Positions 37,873 through 48,515 are shown, counted from the stretch's first letter. The stretch is 64,000 nt of DNA from an uncultured Actinomycetes bacterium (GCA_963835455.1 CAWIFT010000005.1:258402-322401), one strand, 5' to 3'. Notes: a model not told the origin generated them from the letters alone. Numbers and translations are program-made.

Positions 37873-38664
37873 ATGCGCAAGTCCCGGAAGTCGACCATCT
37901 TCGTCGCGTCGTGCGCGCTGGTGATCGCGGCGTGCGGCTCGTCGAGCAAGTCCGGCTCGCCCCCCACGTCCGCGGGAGCCGGCGGCTCCGCGCCGAGCGG
38001 CAGCGCCACCGTGTTGGCGGCGTCGTCGCTGACGAGCGCGTTCAAAGGCCTGGGCAAGCAGTTCGAAACCGCGAACCCCGGTACCAAGCTCGACTTCAGC
38101 TTCGGGGCGTCGTCGGAGCTCGAGACCCAGATCGAGCAGGGGGCGCCCGCGGACGCGTTCGCGTCCGCCGACCAGGCCAACATGAACAAGGTCGTCGAAG
38201 CGAACCGCAACGCGGGCGATCCGGTGAACTTCGCGAAGAACAAACTCGTGATCGTCACCGAGAAGGGCAACCCGAAGAACATCCGGACGCCGGCCGACCT
38301 GGCGAAGCCGGGCACGGTCGTGGTGCTGTGTGCCTCGTCGGTTCCGTGCGGCAAGTTCGCCGATCAGGTGCTCGCCAACGCCAAGGTCACGGTCACGCCG
38401 AAGTCGCGCGAGGCGAACGTGAAGGCTACGTTGTCGAAAGTTGAGCTGGGCGAGGCGGACGCGGCCATCGTGTACGTGAGTGACGCAAAGTCGTCGGACA
38501 AGGTCGACTCGGTGCAGATTCCCGATGCTGTGAATGTCATCACGACATTGCCGATCGTCGTCCTGCAGGACGCCAAGAATGCTCCCGTGGCCAAGGCGTG
38601 GTCCGATTTCCTGGTCGCGCACGAGAGCGAGCTCGTCGACACGTACGGCTTCCTCCCGCGATGA
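37873..38664 (+). CDS. modA: molybdate ABC transporter substrate-binding lipoprotein
   Basis: ATG at 37873 with AGGAGAGG upstream. Lipobox VIAACG, then VLAASSLT and ADAFASAD. Followed by modB and modC. Confidence 0.9.
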   Translation: MRKSRKSTIFVASCALVIAACGSSSKSGSPPTSAGAGGSAPSGSATVLAASSLTSAFKGLGKQFETANPGTKLDFSFGASSELETQIEQGAPADAFASADQANMNKVVEANRNAGDPVNFAKNKLVIVTEKGNPKNIRTPADLAKPGTVVVLCASSVPCGKFADQVLANAKVTVTPKSREANVKATLSKVELGEADAAIVYVSDAKSSDKVDSVQIPDAVNVITTLPIVVLQDAKNAPVAKAWSDFLVAHESELVDTYGFLPR

Positions 38665-39497
38665 CCCGTCCGCGGCGGCGACGGGAGGTCGGGAGCCGAG
38701 CACCCACCCCCGTCATCGTCGTGGGCATTGCGGGCCTGACGATCTTCTTCGTCCTGCCGTTCGCGGGACTGCTGTGGCGCGCGCCGTGGAGCCAGGTCGG
38801 CTCCGTTCTCGGCGACGACACGGCCCGGCAGGCGTTGCGCTTGTCGCTGGTGTGTTCGTTGTCGGCGACGGGTCTGTCGGTGCTGTTCGGCCTGCCCATT
38901 GCGTGGTTGATCGCGCGCACGGAGTTCCGGGGCCGCAACTTCGTGCGCGCGCTCACGGTGCTGCCGCTGGTACTCCCGCCGGTCGTCGGCGGTGTCGCGC
39001 TGTTCTATGCGTTCGGGCGCCGCGGGCTCGTCGGTCAATGGCTCGACCACGCGTTCGGCGTGCAGTTGCCGTTCACGGTGTGGGCCGCGATCCTTGCCGA
39101 GACGTTCGTCGCGATGCCGTTCTTCATCATCACGGTGGAAGGCGCGCTGCGCGGCCTCGACACGCGCTACGAGGACGCGGCCGCGACCTACGGAGCAAGT
39201 CGTTGGACGGTCATGCGGCGCGTGACGCTGCCGATGATCGGGCCGTCGATCATCGCCGGGCTCGCGCTCACCTGGGCGCGTGCGCTCGGTGAGTTCGGGG
39301 CGACGATCACCTTCGCCGGAAACTTCCCGGGCAAGACGCAGACCCTGCCGCTGGCCATCTATCTCGCGTTCGAGGACAACGACCCCGCGGGCATCGTGTT
39401 GAGCATCGTGCTGGTTGCGGTGTCGGTGGCAATCCTTGCGTTGGTCGGAAGCCGCGTGTGGTCGGCGCGCGGCCGGATACCGACGCCGGTGCCGTGA
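38661..39497 (+). CDS. modB: molybdate ABC transporter permease
   Basis: ATG at 38661 overlaps the modA stop. The EAA loop is ...YEDAAATYGASRWTVMRRVTLP.... Confidence 0.9.
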   Translation: MTRPRRRREVGSRAPTPVIVVGIAGLTIFFVLPFAGLLWRAPWSQVGSVLGDDTARQALRLSLVCSLSATGLSVLFGLPIAWLIARTEFRGRNFVRALTVLPLVLPPVVGGVALFYAFGRRGLVGQWLDHAFGVQLPFTVWAAILAETFVAMPFFIITVEGALRGLDTRYEDAAATYGASRWTVMRRVTLPMIGPSIIAGLALTWARALGEFGATITFAGNFPGKTQTLPLAIYLAFEDNDPAGIVLSIVLVAVSVAILALVGSRVWSARGRIPTPVP

Positions 39498-40570
39498 GCG
39501 AAGGCGAACTGCGCGGCTTGTCCGGCCGCGTGCAGGTGCAGCTGGGTCAACTCGATCTCGACGTGACGCTGACGGCGGCGCCGGGCGAGCTCGTCGTGCT
39601 CGTCGGACCGAACGGCGCGGGCAAGACGACGTTGCTCAGGACCTACGCGGGCCTGCAACCCATCGATGCCGGTCGGATCGAGCTCGACGGCGAGGTGCTC
39701 GACGATCCCGCCGCCGAACTGTTCGTTCCGGCCCGGCGGCGCGCGGTGGGCGTCGTGTTCCAGGACGGGCTGTTGTTCGACCGGATGAGCGTGGTCGAGA
39801 ACGTCGCGTTCGGCCTCCGCAGTCGCGGGATGCGACGGGCCGAGGCGCGCCGCATCGCCGGACAGTGGCTCGAGCGGGTCGGTTTGGAAGAGTTCGCCGG
39901 CCTCCGGCCCCCGCAGCTCTCGGGGGGCCAGGCGCAGCGGGTTGCGCTGGCGCGCGCCCTCGCGTTCGAACCCCGGCTCCTGCTCCTCGACGAACCGTTC
40001 GCGGCGCTCGACGCCACCACGCGCGTCGAAGTGCGCCGTGACCTGCGGCAGCATCTGGCCGCGCTCGACACGCCCCGCATCATCGTCACGCACGACGCGG
40101 TCGAGGCGATCACGCTCGCCGATCGGATCGTGGTGATCGAGGCGGGCCGCGTCACGCAGGCGGGGACGCCCGAAGACATCCGGCTGCGGCCGCGGTCGCG
40201 CTACGTCGCCGACCTGATCGGGCTGAACCTCCTGCGCGGCACGTTGCGCAACGGCGTGATCGAGCTCGCGGACGGTCCGATCGTTTCCGTCGTCGACGAC
40301 GGGGCGTTCGTCGGGCCCGTCACCGCGACGATCCATCCCCGGGCCATCACACTGAGCGCCGATCGACCCTGGGGCAGCGCGCGCAACGTCTGGGCGACCA
40401 CGATCGCTGATCTCGACGACGAAGGCGACCGCGTCCGGGTGCGGGTCGGCGCGCCGGTGTCCCTGGCGGCGGAGATCACTCCGTCGGCGCGCGCCGAACT
40501 CGCACTTCGGCCCGGTTCACCCGTCTGGGTGTCGTTCAAAGCCACCGAAGTCGCGTTCGAACCGGACTGA
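39494..40570 (+). CDS. modC: molybdate ABC transporter ATP-binding protein with C-terminal TOBE/Mop domain
   Basis: GTG at 39494 overlaps the modB stop. Walker A GPNGAGKTT, signature LSGGQAQR and Walker B LLLLDEP are present. Confidence 0.9.
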   Translation: MSEGELRGLSGRVQVQLGQLDLDVTLTAAPGELVVLVGPNGAGKTTLLRTYAGLQPIDAGRIELDGEVLDDPAAELFVPARRRAVGVVFQDGLLFDRMSVVENVAFGLRSRGMRRAEARRIAGQWLERVGLEEFAGLRPPQLSGGQAQRVALARALAFEPRLLLLDEPFAALDATTRVEVRRDLRQHLAALDTPRIIVTHDAVEAITLADRIVVIEAGRVTQAGTPEDIRLRPRSRYVADLIGLNLLRGTLRNGVIELADGPIVSVVDDGAFVGPVTATIHPRAITLSADRPWGSARNVWATTIADLDDEGDRVRVRVGAPVSLAAEITPSARAELALRPGSPVWVSFKATEVAFEPD

Positions 40571-42041
40571 TCAGTCGTCGCGACGAGGTCGGCGCCGGGA
40601 CCGGTAGTTCCAGCGGTCGAAGATGCGGGTGCGCAGCCAGTAGCGCCCGCCGCTGTAGGGGAGTTGGGTCACGACCTTGCCCGCCGCCGTGCGGAAGTAG
40701 TTGTCGCACCCCGCCGTCCATACGGTGCCGGCCATCGCGGCTTGCAGCCGCCGGTTGTAACGCGCCGTCCGCGGCGCGCGTACCTCGACTGCGCCGCGGT
40801 CGCGGCGCGTCATCGATCGCAGCGCGCGCATGATGTAGTGCACCTGGGCTTCGTGCATGAACATGATGGAGTTCACGCCGTTCGTGTTCGGCCCGTAGAG
40901 CAGGAAGAAGTTCGGATACCCGGGAACGGTGATACCGAGGTACGCCTCCGCGCCGTCGCGCCAGTCGTCGTGCAGACTCCGCCCGTCGCGGCCGATGACG
41001 TCGACGGTGCCGAGGTACTCGTTCGCCTTGAAGCCGGTGCCGTAGATGATCGTGTCGACGTCGTGCTCCTCGCCGTCCGCGGTGCGGAGACCGGTTTCGG
41101 TGATCTCGACGATGGGACTCGTCACGAGGCGCACGTTCGGCCGGGTCAGGGCGGGGAACCATTCGCGCGAGATCAGGGGCCGCTTGCACCCGACCGGATA
41201 GTCGGGCGTGAGCCGGGCGCGCAGCTCGGGGTCGTCGATCTTGCGTTCGAGATAGGAACGCGCGAGTTCCGTCTGCATCCGGGTCTGTTCGGACTCGGTC
41301 GCGGAAATTGGCGCGTTCGTAGCTCCACCAGATCTTCCAGCGCTCCCGGCGGGCCGCGAACGGCACGCGCGCGAAGCGGCGTTGTTGTTCGGGGGTGAAG
41401 GGTCCTTCGATGCGCGGCGTGATCCAGATCGGGGTGCGTTGGAACACCGTGAGGTGCTCGACCTCCGGTGCGATCGCGGGCACGTACTGGATCGCGCTCG
41501 CGCCGGTGCCGATCGACGCGACCCGTTCGCCCGCGACCGGCTTGCTGTGGTCCCACTTCGTGGAGTGGAACGCGCGGCCGCGGAATCGATCGGCGCCGGG
41601 TATGTCGGGGATCGACGCGACGTTGAACATGCCGAGCCCGCTCACGACCACATCGGCGCGAAATGTCTCGCCGGTGTCCGCGCGCAGCTCCCACTGCGCG
41701 TCGGCCTCGACCCAACGGGTCTCGACGATCGCGGTGTGGGTCCGGAGGTGGGACCGGACGCCGAACTGGTCGGCGCACCGCTCGAGGTACGCCAGGATCT
41801 CCGGCTGCGTCGCGTAGGTGTGACTCCACCACGGGTTCAGCGCGAACGAGAACGAGTAGAGGTGGGAAGGCACGTCGCATTTCGCGCCGGGATACGTGTT
41901 CGTGCGCCACGTTCCGCCGACGCCGTCGGAGCGTTCGAAGATCGTGTACCCGTAACCCGCGCGCGTGAGCGCGGCGCCCATCGCGATTCCTCCGGCGCCC
42001 GCACCCAGGATCGCAACGGTCGGTTTACACATTCGGCCCAT
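40571..42041 (-). pseudogene. flavin-dependent Baeyer-Villiger-type monooxygenase, interrupted by a frame change as assembled
   Basis: From ATG 42041, the N-terminal frame (within ORF 40536..42467) has GAGAGG, the BVMO fingerprint FRGRAFHSTKWD and GTGASA, and turns to nonsense after ...WSYERANF. The C-terminal part ...ATESEQTRMQTELARSYLERKIDDPELRARLTPDYPVGCKRP... runs in the frame of ORF 40571..41278. The junction is near 41321-41325. Confidence 0.85.
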
Positions 42042-42064
42042 TCTGTAATATCCGCTTCGGGGTC

Positions 42065-42083
42065 GCAACGAGCCGATCGTTGC
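42065..42083. promoter_or_regulatory. inverted repeat GCAACGA-N5-TCGTTGC in the divergent BVMO/P450 intergenic region
   Basis: Perfect 7 bp arms read directly. They lie in a 61 bp divergent region that also contains the AT-rich stretch TTCTGTAATATCC. Confidence 0.35.
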
Positions 42084-42102
42084 ACCGAAACGAGGGGTAC
42101 GG

Positions 42103-43308
42103 ATGGACGACGCCGCGGCCGCGGATACCAATCCTTTCGCGGCGATGGACCCGGAGATGGCCGCGAATCCGCAACCGGTGTTCAGCGCGTTGCGGGACTC
42201 GATGCCGGTGATGCCGGTCGACGGTGTCGGTGTGGTGGTGTCCCGCCGGGCCGAGATCGAGGAGGTGTTCCGCGACCCGGCGACGTTCTCGTCGAACATG
42301 GACGCGGTGGATCTGAAGAACGCGCGGCCGCTGATCCCGCTGCAGATCGATCCGCCGGAGCACAAGAAGTACCGAAAGATCCTCGACCCGATCTTTGCGC
42401 CGCGGGAGATGGCGCTGATCGCGGAGCCGGTCGCGCAGCTCGCGAACGAGCTCATCGACGGATTCATCGACCGCGACGGCGTCGACTTCGCGCGCGAGTT
42501 CTCGGTGCCGTTCCCGTCGCTCGTGTTCTTGACCCTGCTCGGACTCCCGCTCGATCAGTTGGCGCGGTTCGTCGAGATGAAGGACGGCATCATCCGCCCC
42601 GACCAGGTGACGGGCACGCCGTACGGCAGCGACGAGATGCAGGCGTACCAGCAAGCCACCGCCGACTCCATCTACGAGTACTTCGAGGAGGTGCTCGACG
42701 AACGCGAGGCCGAACCGCGTGACGATCTGTTGAGCCGCTTCCTTGCCGTGGAGGTCGACGGTGAGCGACTGAAGCGGACCGAGATCCTCGACATCTGCTT
42801 CTTGTTCCTCATTGCCGGGCTCGACACGGTGACGGCCACGCTCGACTGCATGTTCTCGTACCTCGCGCAGCACCCGGAGCAGCGCCGGCTGCTCGTCGAG
42901 GACCCCGAGCTCATTCCCGCGGCGATCGAGGAGATGCTCCGATGGGAGACGCCGGTGCTCGGCGTCGCGCGCGTCGCGACCCGTGACACCGAGCTGGCCG
43001 GGTGTCCGATCCATCAGGGCGACCAGGTCTCGGTCATCTTGAGCTCCGCGAACACCGACCCCGCGGAGTTCGACGACCCGGACACCATTCGCTTCGATCG
43101 GGCCACGAACCGTCACTATGCGTTCGGGGGCGGACTCCACCGTTGCCTCGGATCGCACCTGGCCCGCCAGGAGCTGCGGATCGCGCTGCGCGAGTGGCAC
43201 CGGCGCATCCCCGACTACTCGGTCGCGCCCGGGCACACACTCGTCTACACGCCGGCGATCCGATCGATCGACCACTTCCCGATGGTCTTCGATCGGAAGG
43301 TGACCTGA
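42103..43308 (+). CDS. cytochrome P450
   Basis: Heme-thiolate loop FGGGLHRCLG, EXXR (EMLRWE) and I-helix AGLDTVT. 401 aa. Confidence 0.93.
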   Translation: MDDAAAADTNPFAAMDPEMAANPQPVFSALRDSMPVMPVDGVGVVVSRRAEIEEVFRDPATFSSNMDAVDLKNARPLIPLQIDPPEHKKYRKILDPIFAPREMALIAEPVAQLANELIDGFIDRDGVDFAREFSVPFPSLVFLTLLGLPLDQLARFVEMKDGIIRPDQVTGTPYGSDEMQAYQQATADSIYEYFEEVLDEREAEPRDDLLSRFLAVEVDGERLKRTEILDICFLFLIAGLDTVTATLDCMFSYLAQHPEQRRLLVEDPELIPAAIEEMLRWETPVLGVARVATRDTELAGCPIHQGDQVSVILSSANTDPAEFDDPDTIRFDRATNRHYAFGGGLHRCLGSHLARQELRIALREWHRRIPDYSVAPGHTLVYTPAIRSIDHFPMVFDRKVT

Positions 43309-45069
43309 CTACGACGGGGCGGGGGCGATCCACGCCGAGACCGCCTCGAGCCGGTCGACGGCCGAGGCGTGCATCTCGGGCGTGAACACCCGACTGCAGT
43401 TCTTCCCGGCGGCCTTCGCGGCGTACATCGCGATGTCCGCGTTGCGGAGGAGCTCGTCGGTGTCGGCCGAGCTGTCTCCGAAGGCGATGCCGACGCTGGC
43501 GGTGAGGGTGAGGCGACTCGTGGCGATCACGATCGGCTCGCGGAGCGCGTCGATGATGCGCTGCGAGAGCTCGGCGGGAACCGCGTCGTCGGTGAGATCG
43601 TCCAGCAGGACCGCGAACTCGTCACCACCGAGCCGGGCCGCGGTGTCGGCCCGCCGCAGTTGCTGCGTGAGTCGTTCGGTCAGTTGCACGAGCAGCGCGT
43701 CACCGGCCCAGTGGCCGAGCGTGTCGTTGACGTTCTTGAAGTCGTCGAGGTCGATGAACAACACCGCGACCCGGCGTTCACTGCGGTGCAGGCGCGCAAC
43801 CGCGTGGTCGATCCGGTCGCGGAACAGGCTCTTGTTCGGGAGCCCGGTGAGCGAATCGTGGAGCGCCTGGTGCGCGAGCTCCTCTTTGAGCTGTTCGTGT
43901 TCGGTGATGTCACGGAAGCTCCAGACCCGGCCGACGACCTCGCCGAGGAGGCGCCGCGGGCGAGAGTTGCGCTCGAAGACCCGCCCCGTCTTGAAGTGGA
44001 GGATGTCGTGGCTGATCGCCTCGGGCTGCGCGTAGAGCTCTTCCACCTTGGCCAGGAACGCTTCGGGATCGGCCAGCTGATCGAGCACCCACGCCAACGC
44101 CTGCGCGTCGTCGCGCGATTCGAGCACCGCCTCCGGAACACGCCACATCTCCGCGAACCGCGGATTGAAGCTCGTGATCCGGCCGTCCTGATCGACGACG
44201 AGGATGCCTTCGGTGATCGCGTCCAGCGTCGTCGCCAGCAGCGAGTTCGACTCGCGCAACTCTTCTTCGGTGAGGACACGATCGGAGATGTCGTGGCCGG
44301 TGGCCACGATGCCGCCGACGCTCGGGTCGTCGAGCAGATTCGTGAATGTCAGCGCGAACGGAACGACACCACCACTGCGACGAACCAGTCTCAGGTCGAC
44401 CGTCACCGGATGCGCGCCCGGCTCGACCACGTCGTGCAGCGCGTTCGCGAACTCGGCCCGGTCGTGCACGTCGACGAGGCAGTCGAAGGCCTCCCGCTCG
44501 AGGCGCTCCTGATCATGGCCGAGGAGCCGGGTCACGACGGACGACGACGAGCGGATCTCGCCCCCGCGTTCGAGCACCAGCGTGATCGACGCCGCATTCT
44601 GCAACAGCGCCCGGAACTCGGCCGCGGCGTCGCTCGCGACCTCCCACCTCCGCCGATCGGTGATGTCGCGCACGCTCAGCAGGATGTCGTCTCCGAAGGA
44701 CGTTCCCCGCACCTCGACGAGTCGCCACCCCTCGGCGCCGCGGATGCGCAGCTCCAGCAGCGTCCCGATCTGCTTGTTCTGCATCGCCTCGACCGAGACG
44801 ACCGCCATCTCGGCGTCGTCGGGGTGCATGAACTCCAACATGTTCCGGCCGACACCGTCGGCGAGGGTGACGCCGAACAGGCGCTCGGCGGCGTGGTTGC
44901 CCCACCGCAGGTCGCCGGACACGGTCATGAGCATCACCGGGTCCGCCAATGCGGCCGCGAGATCACCCAGATCGCCCGCGAACGGACATGCGCCTTCCGA
45001 ACCGGTCACGCTCGATACATCGACCGTTCCTGTCCACGATTGACTCCAACCGGTGCTCGGCGAGGTCAT
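43309..45069 (-). CDS. multi-PAS diguanylate cyclase (GGDEF)
   Basis: Three PAS-like segments are followed by ...RLGGDEFAVLL... and an RxxD-like I-site region. 586 aa. Confidence 0.9.
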   Translation of the reverse strand: MTSPSTGWSQSWTGTVDVSSVTGSEGACPFAGDLGDLAAALADPVMLMTVSGDLRWGNHAAERLFGVTLADGVGRNMLEFMHPDDAEMAVVSVEAMQNKQIGTLLELRIRGAEGWRLVEVRGTSFGDDILLSVRDITDRRRWEVASDAAAEFRALLQNAASITLVLERGGEIRSSSSVVTRLLGHDQERLEREAFDCLVDVHDRAEFANALHDVVEPGAHPVTVDLRLVRRSGGVVPFALTFTNLLDDPSVGGIVATGHDISDRVLTEEELRESNSLLATTLDAITEGILVVDQDGRITSFNPRFAEMWRVPEAVLESRDDAQALAWVLDQLADPEAFLAKVEELYAQPEAISHDILHFKTGRVFERNSRPRRLLGEVVGRVWSFRDITEHEQLKEELAHQALHDSLTGLPNKSLFRDRIDHAVARLHRSERRVAVLFIDLDDFKNVNDTLGHWAGDALLVQLTERLTQQLRRADTAARLGGDEFAVLLDDLTDDAVPAELSQRIIDALREPIVIATSRLTLTASVGIAFGDSSADTDELLRNADIAMYAAKAAGKNCSRVFTPEMHASAVDRLEAVSAWIAPAPS

Positions 45070-45116
45070 TCTTCTCCGGGAAGAACGGCGGCGGGCTTTG
45101 TCGGTATTGTCCGCCG

Positions 45117-46478
45117 GTGCCCGACGACGCCCCTGCTCCCGCGGCCGCGCCGGATCCGGCCGCCATCCTGCGGAGCCGCAACTTCGTGGTGTTGGTCGTC
45201 TTCGCCGCGGGCGTGGGCCTGATCGTCTCGCTCGCGAGTTGGGGATTCCTGGAGCTGGTGCACAAGATCCAGGTCTGGGTGTTCACGGACCTGCCCACGA
45301 ACATGGGCTATTCGGCAGCTCCGTCGTGGTGGTACCTGCTCGTGCTGGGTCTGGCCGGATTGCCGGTCGCGTTCGCGGTGGTGCGGCTGCCCGGCAACGG
45401 CGGTCACGTGCCCGTGAACGGGCTGCAAGTGGGCGGCAACGAACCGAAGGTGGTGCCGGGCGTTGCGCTCGCGGCGTTGGCGTCGATCGGTCTCGGGCTC
45501 GTGCTCGGGCCCGAAGCGCCGTTGATCGCGATCGGTGGTGGGCTCGCGATCTTCACGGTGAAGCTCGCGAAGCGCGATGCGCAGCCGCAGCTCCTGATGA
45601 TCATGGCGGCCGCCGGGAGCTTCGCGGCGATCTCGGTGATCTTCGGTTCGCCGATCGTTGCGGCCGTTCTCGTCATCGAGGCGAGCGGCCTCGGCGGACC
45701 GGTGCTCCCGCTGATCCTGATCCCCGGTCTGATCTCGGCCGGTATCGGTTCGCTCGTGTTCTTCGGGATGTCGAACTGGAGCGGTCTCAGCACGAGTGCG
45801 TACTCGCTCGTGCCGCTGCACCTCGCGCCGTTCAGTCACATCACGTGGGAGGAGCTCGGCTGGGCGATCGCGCTCGGACTCGCGGGCGCCGTCTTCACGC
45901 AGGGCGTCCGCCGGATCGGCCTCGCGGGCGCGCGCGTCGTACCGGCGATGCCGTGGGTGCTCGTCCCGCTGGCCGGCGTGCTCGTCGCCGCGCTCGCGAT
46001 TCTGTTCGCACACACGACCACTCACGGCGCCGAGCAGGTGTTGTTCTCGGGACAGGACGCGCTCCCCGGTCTCGTCAGCAGCGCGACGACGTGGTCGCTC
46101 GGCGCGTTGGCGATGGTGTTGCTCTGCAAGGGTGTCGCGTGGGCCCTGTCGCTCGCGAGCTTCCGCGGCGGCCCGACCTTTCCCGCGATCTACCTCGGCG
46201 CGGCCGGCGGGATCGCCGCGTCGCATCTCCCCGGCATGTCGCTGACCCCCGCGATCGCCGTCGGCATGGGCGTCATGGTGGTCGCGTTCCTGAAGCTGCC
46301 GCTGTCGGCCATCGTCATCGCGACCACGCTGACGCTGAGCGCGGGTGCCGCGTTGGCCCCGCTCATCATCGTCGGCGTGGTGGTGGCGTACCTCGCGACG
46401 TTGGGCCTCGAAGGCCGGCTCGGGCCCGCCGCGGATCCGGCCGGAAGCGCCCCGCCGCCCGCCGCGCCGGCCGGTTGA
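45117..46478 (+). CDS. voltage-gated chloride channel (ClC) family protein
   Basis: Candidate GTG at 45117 in the frame of ORF 44949..46478. Polytopic, with GLVLGPEAPLIAIGGG and FGSPIVAAVLVIE selectivity-filter-like segments. Confidence 0.82.
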   Translation: MPDDAPAPAAAPDPAAILRSRNFVVLVVFAAGVGLIVSLASWGFLELVHKIQVWVFTDLPTNMGYSAAPSWWYLLVLGLAGLPVAFAVVRLPGNGGHVPVNGLQVGGNEPKVVPGVALAALASIGLGLVLGPEAPLIAIGGGLAIFTVKLAKRDAQPQLLMIMAAAGSFAAISVIFGSPIVAAVLVIEASGLGGPVLPLILIPGLISAGIGSLVFFGMSNWSGLSTSAYSLVPLHLAPFSHITWEELGWAIALGLAGAVFTQGVRRIGLAGARVVPAMPWVLVPLAGVLVAALAILFAHTTTHGAEQVLFSGQDALPGLVSSATTWSLGALAMVLLCKGVAWALSLASFRGGPTFPAIYLGAAGGIAASHLPGMSLTPAIAVGMGVMVVAFLKLPLSAIVIATTLTLSAGAALAPLIIVGVVVAYLATLGLEGRLGPAADPAGSAPPPAAPAG

Positions 46479-46510
46479 CGGGTCGCGACAGCACCGGCAA
46501 TCCTGCCGAC

Positions 46511-47335
46511 ATGCCCACCGCGCACAACGGCGACGTCGAGCTGTTCTTCGAGGCGTTCGGTTCCGCCTCCGACCCGACGCTGCTGCTGGTCAACGGTTTG
46601 GGCTCGCAATGCATCAACTACGACGAGCAGTGGTGCGAGAAGTTCGCGGCTCACGGCTATCACGTCATCCGATTCGACAACCGCGACATCGGTCTGTCGT
46701 CGAAGCTCGACGAGCGCACGTACGGGCTGCGCGACATGGCCGCCGACGCGCTCGCAGTCCTCGGCGCGGCGCAGGTGGCGCGCGCTCACGTCATGGGCTT
46801 GTCGATGGGCGGGATGATCGCGCAACGCCTCGCGATCGACCACGCCGACCGTCTGCTCTCGCTCACGTCCGTGATGTCGCGTACGGGCGAGCCCGAATAC
46901 GGCGGGAGCTCACCGGAGGCACTGGCGGTGTTGATGGCCAAGCCCGCCCGGACTCGGGACGAGTACATCGACAACCAGATCGCCGGGATTCGCGTCTACG
47001 GCTCGAAAGACGAGTGGATCGACGAGCCCTACCTCCGAGCGCGCGCGGCGCGGGCGTTCGACCGTTGCTATTCCCCGGCCGGCGTCGGCCGGCAGATGCA
47101 GGCGGTCGTGATCGACGGCGATCGCGCCGCGGGCCTGCGCGGGGTGACCGTTCCCACGCTCGTGATGCACGGCGATCGTGACACGTTGATCGATCCGAGC
47201 GGCGGGCGCCGGACCGCCGAGTTGATCCCGGGCGCGCGCTTCGTGGAGATCGAGGGCATGGGCCACGACTACCCGTCCGCGGTCTGGGACCGCTGGGTCG
47301 AAACCTGGGCGGAGTTCGTTCGGTCCGCCCGCTGA
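46511..47335 (+). CDS. alpha/beta hydrolase
   Basis: ATG at 46511 in the frame of ORF 45053..47335. Shows LLLVNGLG, the nucleophile elbow GLSMGG, and HGDRD...GMGHD. Confidence 0.85.
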   Translation: MPTAHNGDVELFFEAFGSASDPTLLLVNGLGSQCINYDEQWCEKFAAHGYHVIRFDNRDIGLSSKLDERTYGLRDMAADALAVLGAAQVARAHVMGLSMGGMIAQRLAIDHADRLLSLTSVMSRTGEPEYGGSSPEALAVLMAKPARTRDEYIDNQIAGIRVYGSKDEWIDEPYLRARAARAFDRCYSPAGVGRQMQAVVIDGDRAAGLRGVTVPTLVMHGDRDTLIDPSGGRRTAELIPGARFVEIEGMGHDYPSAVWDRWVETWAEFVRSAR

Positions 47336-47369
47336 CCTTCCGCTGACCGTTCGGTGGCGCGGCGGGTTC

Positions 47370-47406
47370 GGGCCGACCGGCCCTAGGTCGCCGGGCCGTT
47401 CGGCCC
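47370..47406 (+). terminator. twin 5-bp-stem hairpins GGGCC-GACC-GGCCC and GGGCC-GTTC-GGCCC
   Basis: Read directly at 47370-47383 and 47393-47406, between the two hydrolase genes. There is no U-tract. Confidence 0.3.
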
Positions 47407-47442
47407 TCTCGCACTTTCGTCCGAGGGGATTCGATTCATGGC

Positions 47443-48345
47443 GTGGACGAACATCCGCAAGACGAGCTCCTCGTGTGGGACCGTACCGAGGTCTTCGGTC
47501 GCGTCGCCTCGTATGGAGTGGGGGGCAACGGACCCCCGGTCGTCTTCCTGCACGGCTGGGGACTCTCGGGCCACACCTATCGTGCCGCACTGAAACGCCT
47601 GCTGGCGCGAGGCCTCCGGGTCTGGGCGCCCGCGCTCCCCGGCTTCGATCGCAGCGCGGCGCTGAACGACCACGCCACGCTCGGGGACTACGCCGCGTGG
47701 GTCGACGCATTCTGCGCCGCAGTGGGCATCACCGAGTCGGTGGTCCTGATGGGGCACTCGTTCGGTGGCGGCGTCGCGATCCAGACCGCACACGACTTCC
47801 CGGAAAGGGCCCGCGCGCTGGTGCTGATCAACTCCATCGGTGGTTCGGCCTGGAGGACGCACGGTTCCGTCGTGCAGTCGCTCGCGGAACGTCCGTTGTG
47901 GGACTGGGGACTTCATTTTCCCCGTGACGTCCTCCCGTTGCGACAACTGAGACGGGTGCTGCCGGTCATCATCGACGACGCCGTCTCGAACGCGGTGCGC
48001 AATCCGCGCGCGTTCTGGCACTCGGCGTCCGTCGCCCGACATGCGGATCTGACCGACGAGCTCGACGAGCTCAAAGCGCGCCGGCTCCCCGTCGTGGTGT
48101 TGTGGGGCGACCGCGACGAGATCGTCACACGCGCCTCCTTCGATGCGATGTGCAGTGCGCTCGGCGGCCCGCTGTCGGCCACCGTCGACGGCAGTCACTC
48201 CTGGATGCTCGCCGACCCCGACGGATTCGGTGAGGTGATCACGAACATGCTCGCAGTCGCCCTCGAAGCCCGAGCCGAGGAAAGCACGCCGCATCCACAC
48301 GAGCTGGCCACTCTCGCACCCCGGCCCAGACACGACGCCGCGTGA
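47443..48345 (+). CDS. alpha/beta hydrolase
   Basis: Shows VVFLHGWG, GHSFGG, and WGDRDE...GSHSW. 300 aa. Confidence 0.85.
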   Translation: MDEHPQDELLVWDRTEVFGRVASYGVGGNGPPVVFLHGWGLSGHTYRAALKRLLARGLRVWAPALPGFDRSAALNDHATLGDYAAWVDAFCAAVGITESVVLMGHSFGGGVAIQTAHDFPERARALVLINSIGGSAWRTHGSVVQSLAERPLWDWGLHFPRDVLPLRQLRRVLPVIIDDAVSNAVRNPRAFWHSASVARHADLTDELDELKARRLPVVVLWGDRDEIVTRASFDAMCSALGGPLSATVDGSHSWMLADPDGFGEVITNMLAVALEARAEESTPHPHELATLAPRPRHDAA

Positions 48346-48382
48346 TGCCACGGCCCGCATCGGCCGCACACGTTGACTCCGG

Positions 48383-48455
<73 letters not shown>

Positions 48456-48515
48456 GTGGGTCAGCCAAGTTACCAGCCGGGTCGCCCGTTCCTCCGCCGG
48501 TAGCCTCTGCTCGAT

